Below are positions 62,010 to 64,000 of a DNA stretch of 64,000 bases, one piece after another; the first letter of the stretch is position 1; each line of letters opens with the position of its first letter. This DNA comes from Planctomycetota bacterium. Lineage in GTDB: Bacteria; Planctomycetota; GCA-002687715; CAIWVZ01. The notes below the pieces were generated by a model. That model made no database searches and was not told the DNA's origin. It saw only the letters and a list, made by a program, of their open reading frames with translations. A program made the position numbers and the translations under genes. The DNA lies in NCBI GenBank assembly GCA_044222185.1, contig JBGANV010000009.1, positions 64,001-128,000 of the forward strand, in the 5' to 3' direction.

Positions 62010-64000
62010 TGCGTCTCCCGGACGACGTCGCGCGCCGGTCGGAGTCCGAGGAACCCATCGGGAGTGCGCGCCGACAACTGGTGGCGCGTGGACGCGCGGG
62101 CCGCCGACGCCGGATCGCCCCACGATCCGCCGCATGCCGCGTGCAGGTCCTCGACCGGCCAATCCCGCGGGCGCGATGCCGCGGCGCGTTCGCGCACGGG
62201 CTCGCGGACGTTCCCGATCATGTCGTGGAATCCGAATGCGTTCGGTGCGAAGGCTCCGATGGGCGAGTACTCGATGTAGCCGTCGTCGACCTCGTCGCTG
62301 ACGTTGACGTGCGAGGGAGACGCGCGGCCGAGCGATTGGTCGGCGACGTTCGCGAACCCGGCCAGCGAGCTCGCATCAGGGCCCGAAAACCAATCCGTCG
62401 TCGTGCCGGCGCGGCAGGCTGCCTCCCATTCGTCTTCCGTCGGGAGACGCAGCCCGAGCCGACGGGTCGCCACGGCGATCGAATCCAGGCTCAGCCCATC
62501 GGCCGGTGCAACGTCGTCGAACGTCGTGCCGCGCATGCCCGGGCCCGTCCGGTCGACCCTGAGGTCCGCAGGCATGGTCCGCTTCCATTGCGAGCGTGAG
62601 ATCTCGAACTTCGAGAGGAAGAACGGTTCGAGGTGGATCGCGGTCAAGCCGCCGCGATCGGTGACCTGGTATTCACCACCAGGCATCAGGACGAACACCA
62701 TCCCGCAGGCCGCCGTCGGGTGAATGCGCCCGTCGCTCGGGTCGCGCCGTGGGATCGCACCCGACTGGAGATGTGCGAACTCGAAGAAGCCCGACCGGGG
62801 GTCCTTTCCCATGGGGACGAGGCCACGCTGCGGCGTGATGCGCAGACCTCGATACGCGGGGTTCGCTTTCGTGTCTGCGATGGCGTCGATGGTCGAACGC
62901 CACTCGGCGAATCGCGAGTGGATGGTCGCGTCGTCGACGGCGAGGGCCCAGGCGCGCCGGGCCTCCATGTCCGCGATGGCGGGCTCGAGTGCCTTCGCCC
63001 GCGCCACGACGCCCTGCAGGCTCTCGCGAATCCAGGCGTCCCGCTCGTCGCCCACGCCGTCGTCGGGCCGGGGCTGCGCCCCGTCATCGAGCCATCGGGC
63101 GTCTTCTGCGGCGCGGTTCTCCAGTCGTCTCGCCGTCGCGAGCCAGGCCGTCATCCCGCGCGGGCCGTCCACGAGGTCGGGAGTGGGAGGAAGGAGTTCT
63201 TCGGCCCAGACGCTCATCAACGAAAGCGTGTGCTCGTCCTCGATTCGCTCGAGACGGTTCAGGATGCTGCGCGTCGCCGCGCGTTGGCGCTCCACGACCA
63301 AGGCCAGTGCGATCACCACCACCACGCCGACGACGACCGTCGCGATCGACGCCGCCGGGAGTGGATGGCGTCGCGCCCATCTCCAGGCAAAGCGCGCCCG
63401 GCCAGGCCGGGTGGCGCGGATCGGCTGATCGGCGCGGAGACGCTCCAGATCGTCGGCGAGTTCCGCAGCCGTCTGGTAGCGGTGCGCCGGGTCCGTCGAC
63501 AGCGCCGTCGCGAGCACCGTGATCGCATCCCCGCCGACCGCGCGAAGGCGGCGCCGCAGCGCAGGAACGCTGGCGCCGCCGGCATCCCCCGGAGGGGCCG
63601 GCGGCGCCGAAGCACGAAACGGCACCCCACCCGAAAGACACTCGAAGAAGATCGCGCCGAGGGCCCACACGTCCGACCGCCGATCGCACGCCCCAAGCGA
63701 CGCATCGAGCTGTTCCGGCGCCATGTACATGGGCGTGCCCGGGGCGGGTCCGTCGCACGTGACTCGCAGTTCGGACTGCTCGAGCGCGTGTGCGACACCG
63801 AAATCGAGGACCACGGGCGCCGACGGCGTGAGCATCACGTTGGCCGGCTTGACGTCCCGGTGGACGATGCCGGACTCGTGTGCCGCATGAAGTGCGCGCG
63901 CGGTCGCGGCGACGACTCCGATCGCTTCGTCGCGGGCGATGGGCGCGGCACTCGATCGACGCAATCGGTCCGCGAGCGACTCGCCGTCGATGAAGCGCAT
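62006..64000 (-). CDS. Ser/Thr kinase - TM - FGE-sulfatase domain protein, 5' end outside the window
   Basis: HRDVKPAN, DFG, GTPMYMAPEQ; TM; RLPTEDEWEAACRAG, PNAFGFHDMIGNV; stop overlaps next start (ATGA). Confidence 0.9.
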   Translation of the reverse strand: MRFIDGESLADRLRRSSAAPIARDEAIGVVAATARALHAAHESGIVHRDVKPANVMLTPSAPVVLDFGVAHALEQSELRVTCDGPAPGTPMYMAPEQLDASLGACDRRSDVWALGAIFFECLSGGVPFRASAPPAPPGDAGGASVPALRRRLRAVGGDAITVLATALSTDPAHRYQTAAELADDLERLRADQPIRATRPGRARFAWRWARRHPLPAASIATVVVGVVVVIALALVVERQRAATRSILNRLERIEDEHTLSLMSVWAEELLPPTPDLVDGPRGMTAWLATARRLENRAAEDARWLDDGAQPRPDDGVGDERDAWIRESLQGVVARAKALEPAIADMEARRAWALAVDDATIHSRFAEWRSTIDAIADTKANPAYRGLRITPQRGLVPMGKDPRSGFFEFAHLQSGAIPRRDPSDGRIHPTAACGMVFVLMPGGEYQVTDRGGLTAIHLEPFFLSKFEISRSQWKRTMPADLRVDRTGPGMRGTTFDDVAPADGLSLDSIAVATRRLGLRLPTEDEWEAACRAGTTTDWFSGPDASSLAGFANVADQSLGRASPSHVNVSDEVDDGYIEYSPIGAFAPNAFGFHDMIGNVREPVRERAAASRPRDWPVEDLHAACGGSWGDPASAARASTRHQLSARTPDGFLGLRPARDVVRETQ

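Noticed and set aside
59625-64000. Diversity-generating retroelement targeting the FGE-type (CLec-fold) C-termini
   Set aside because: No reverse transcriptase and no template repeat differing at adenines seen in the window; a remote DGR cannot be excluded.
54246-64000. Genomic island integrated at tRNA-Glu or tRNA-Cys
   Set aside because: No integrase, no duplicated tRNA 3' end and no obvious compositional shift.

Overview
High-GC chromosomal window, most likely from an uncultured Planctomycetota lineage (inferred from ECF sigma factors beside Ser/Thr kinases, a long GFTLIEL pilin and the style of the secreted proteins). No transposase, integrase, reverse transcriptase or CRISPR array was seen. 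1-20 kb: housekeeping genes (rplU-rpmA-obgE, coaX, mnmE-like, pyrB with a fused PyrI-type zinc finger, EF-G2) interleaved with a type IV pilus/T2SS-like set (two PilT-family ATPases, GspC-like PDZ protein, pilD, pilB, pilC, TPR protein, pilin, OmpA lipoprotein). 20-50 kb: TatD, a HEAT/GlcF-like/cysteine desulfurase/VOC operon, an ECF sigma and large secreted proteins (3287-aa beta-helix/HYR/FG-GAP protein; long and short ELWxxDGT propeller paralogs, the long one with 13 x 252-bp repeats). 50-64 kb: MauE/DoxX, ETF-quinone oxidoreductase, tRNA-Cys-gltX-tRNA-Glu, a 1473-aa trypsin-like protease, a second ECF sigma and two tandem Ser/Thr kinase-FGE-sulfatase proteins. Best candidates for something new: (1) a ~120-aa C-terminal domain shared by five secreted proteins of four unrelated architectures, a possible sorting/anchoring signal; (2) a dispersed ~314-bp-period double-hairpin intergenic element at two loci; (3) a multi-hairpin 5' leader upstream of a large lipoprotein. 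All calls come from motif reading by eye; no database search or folding program was run.
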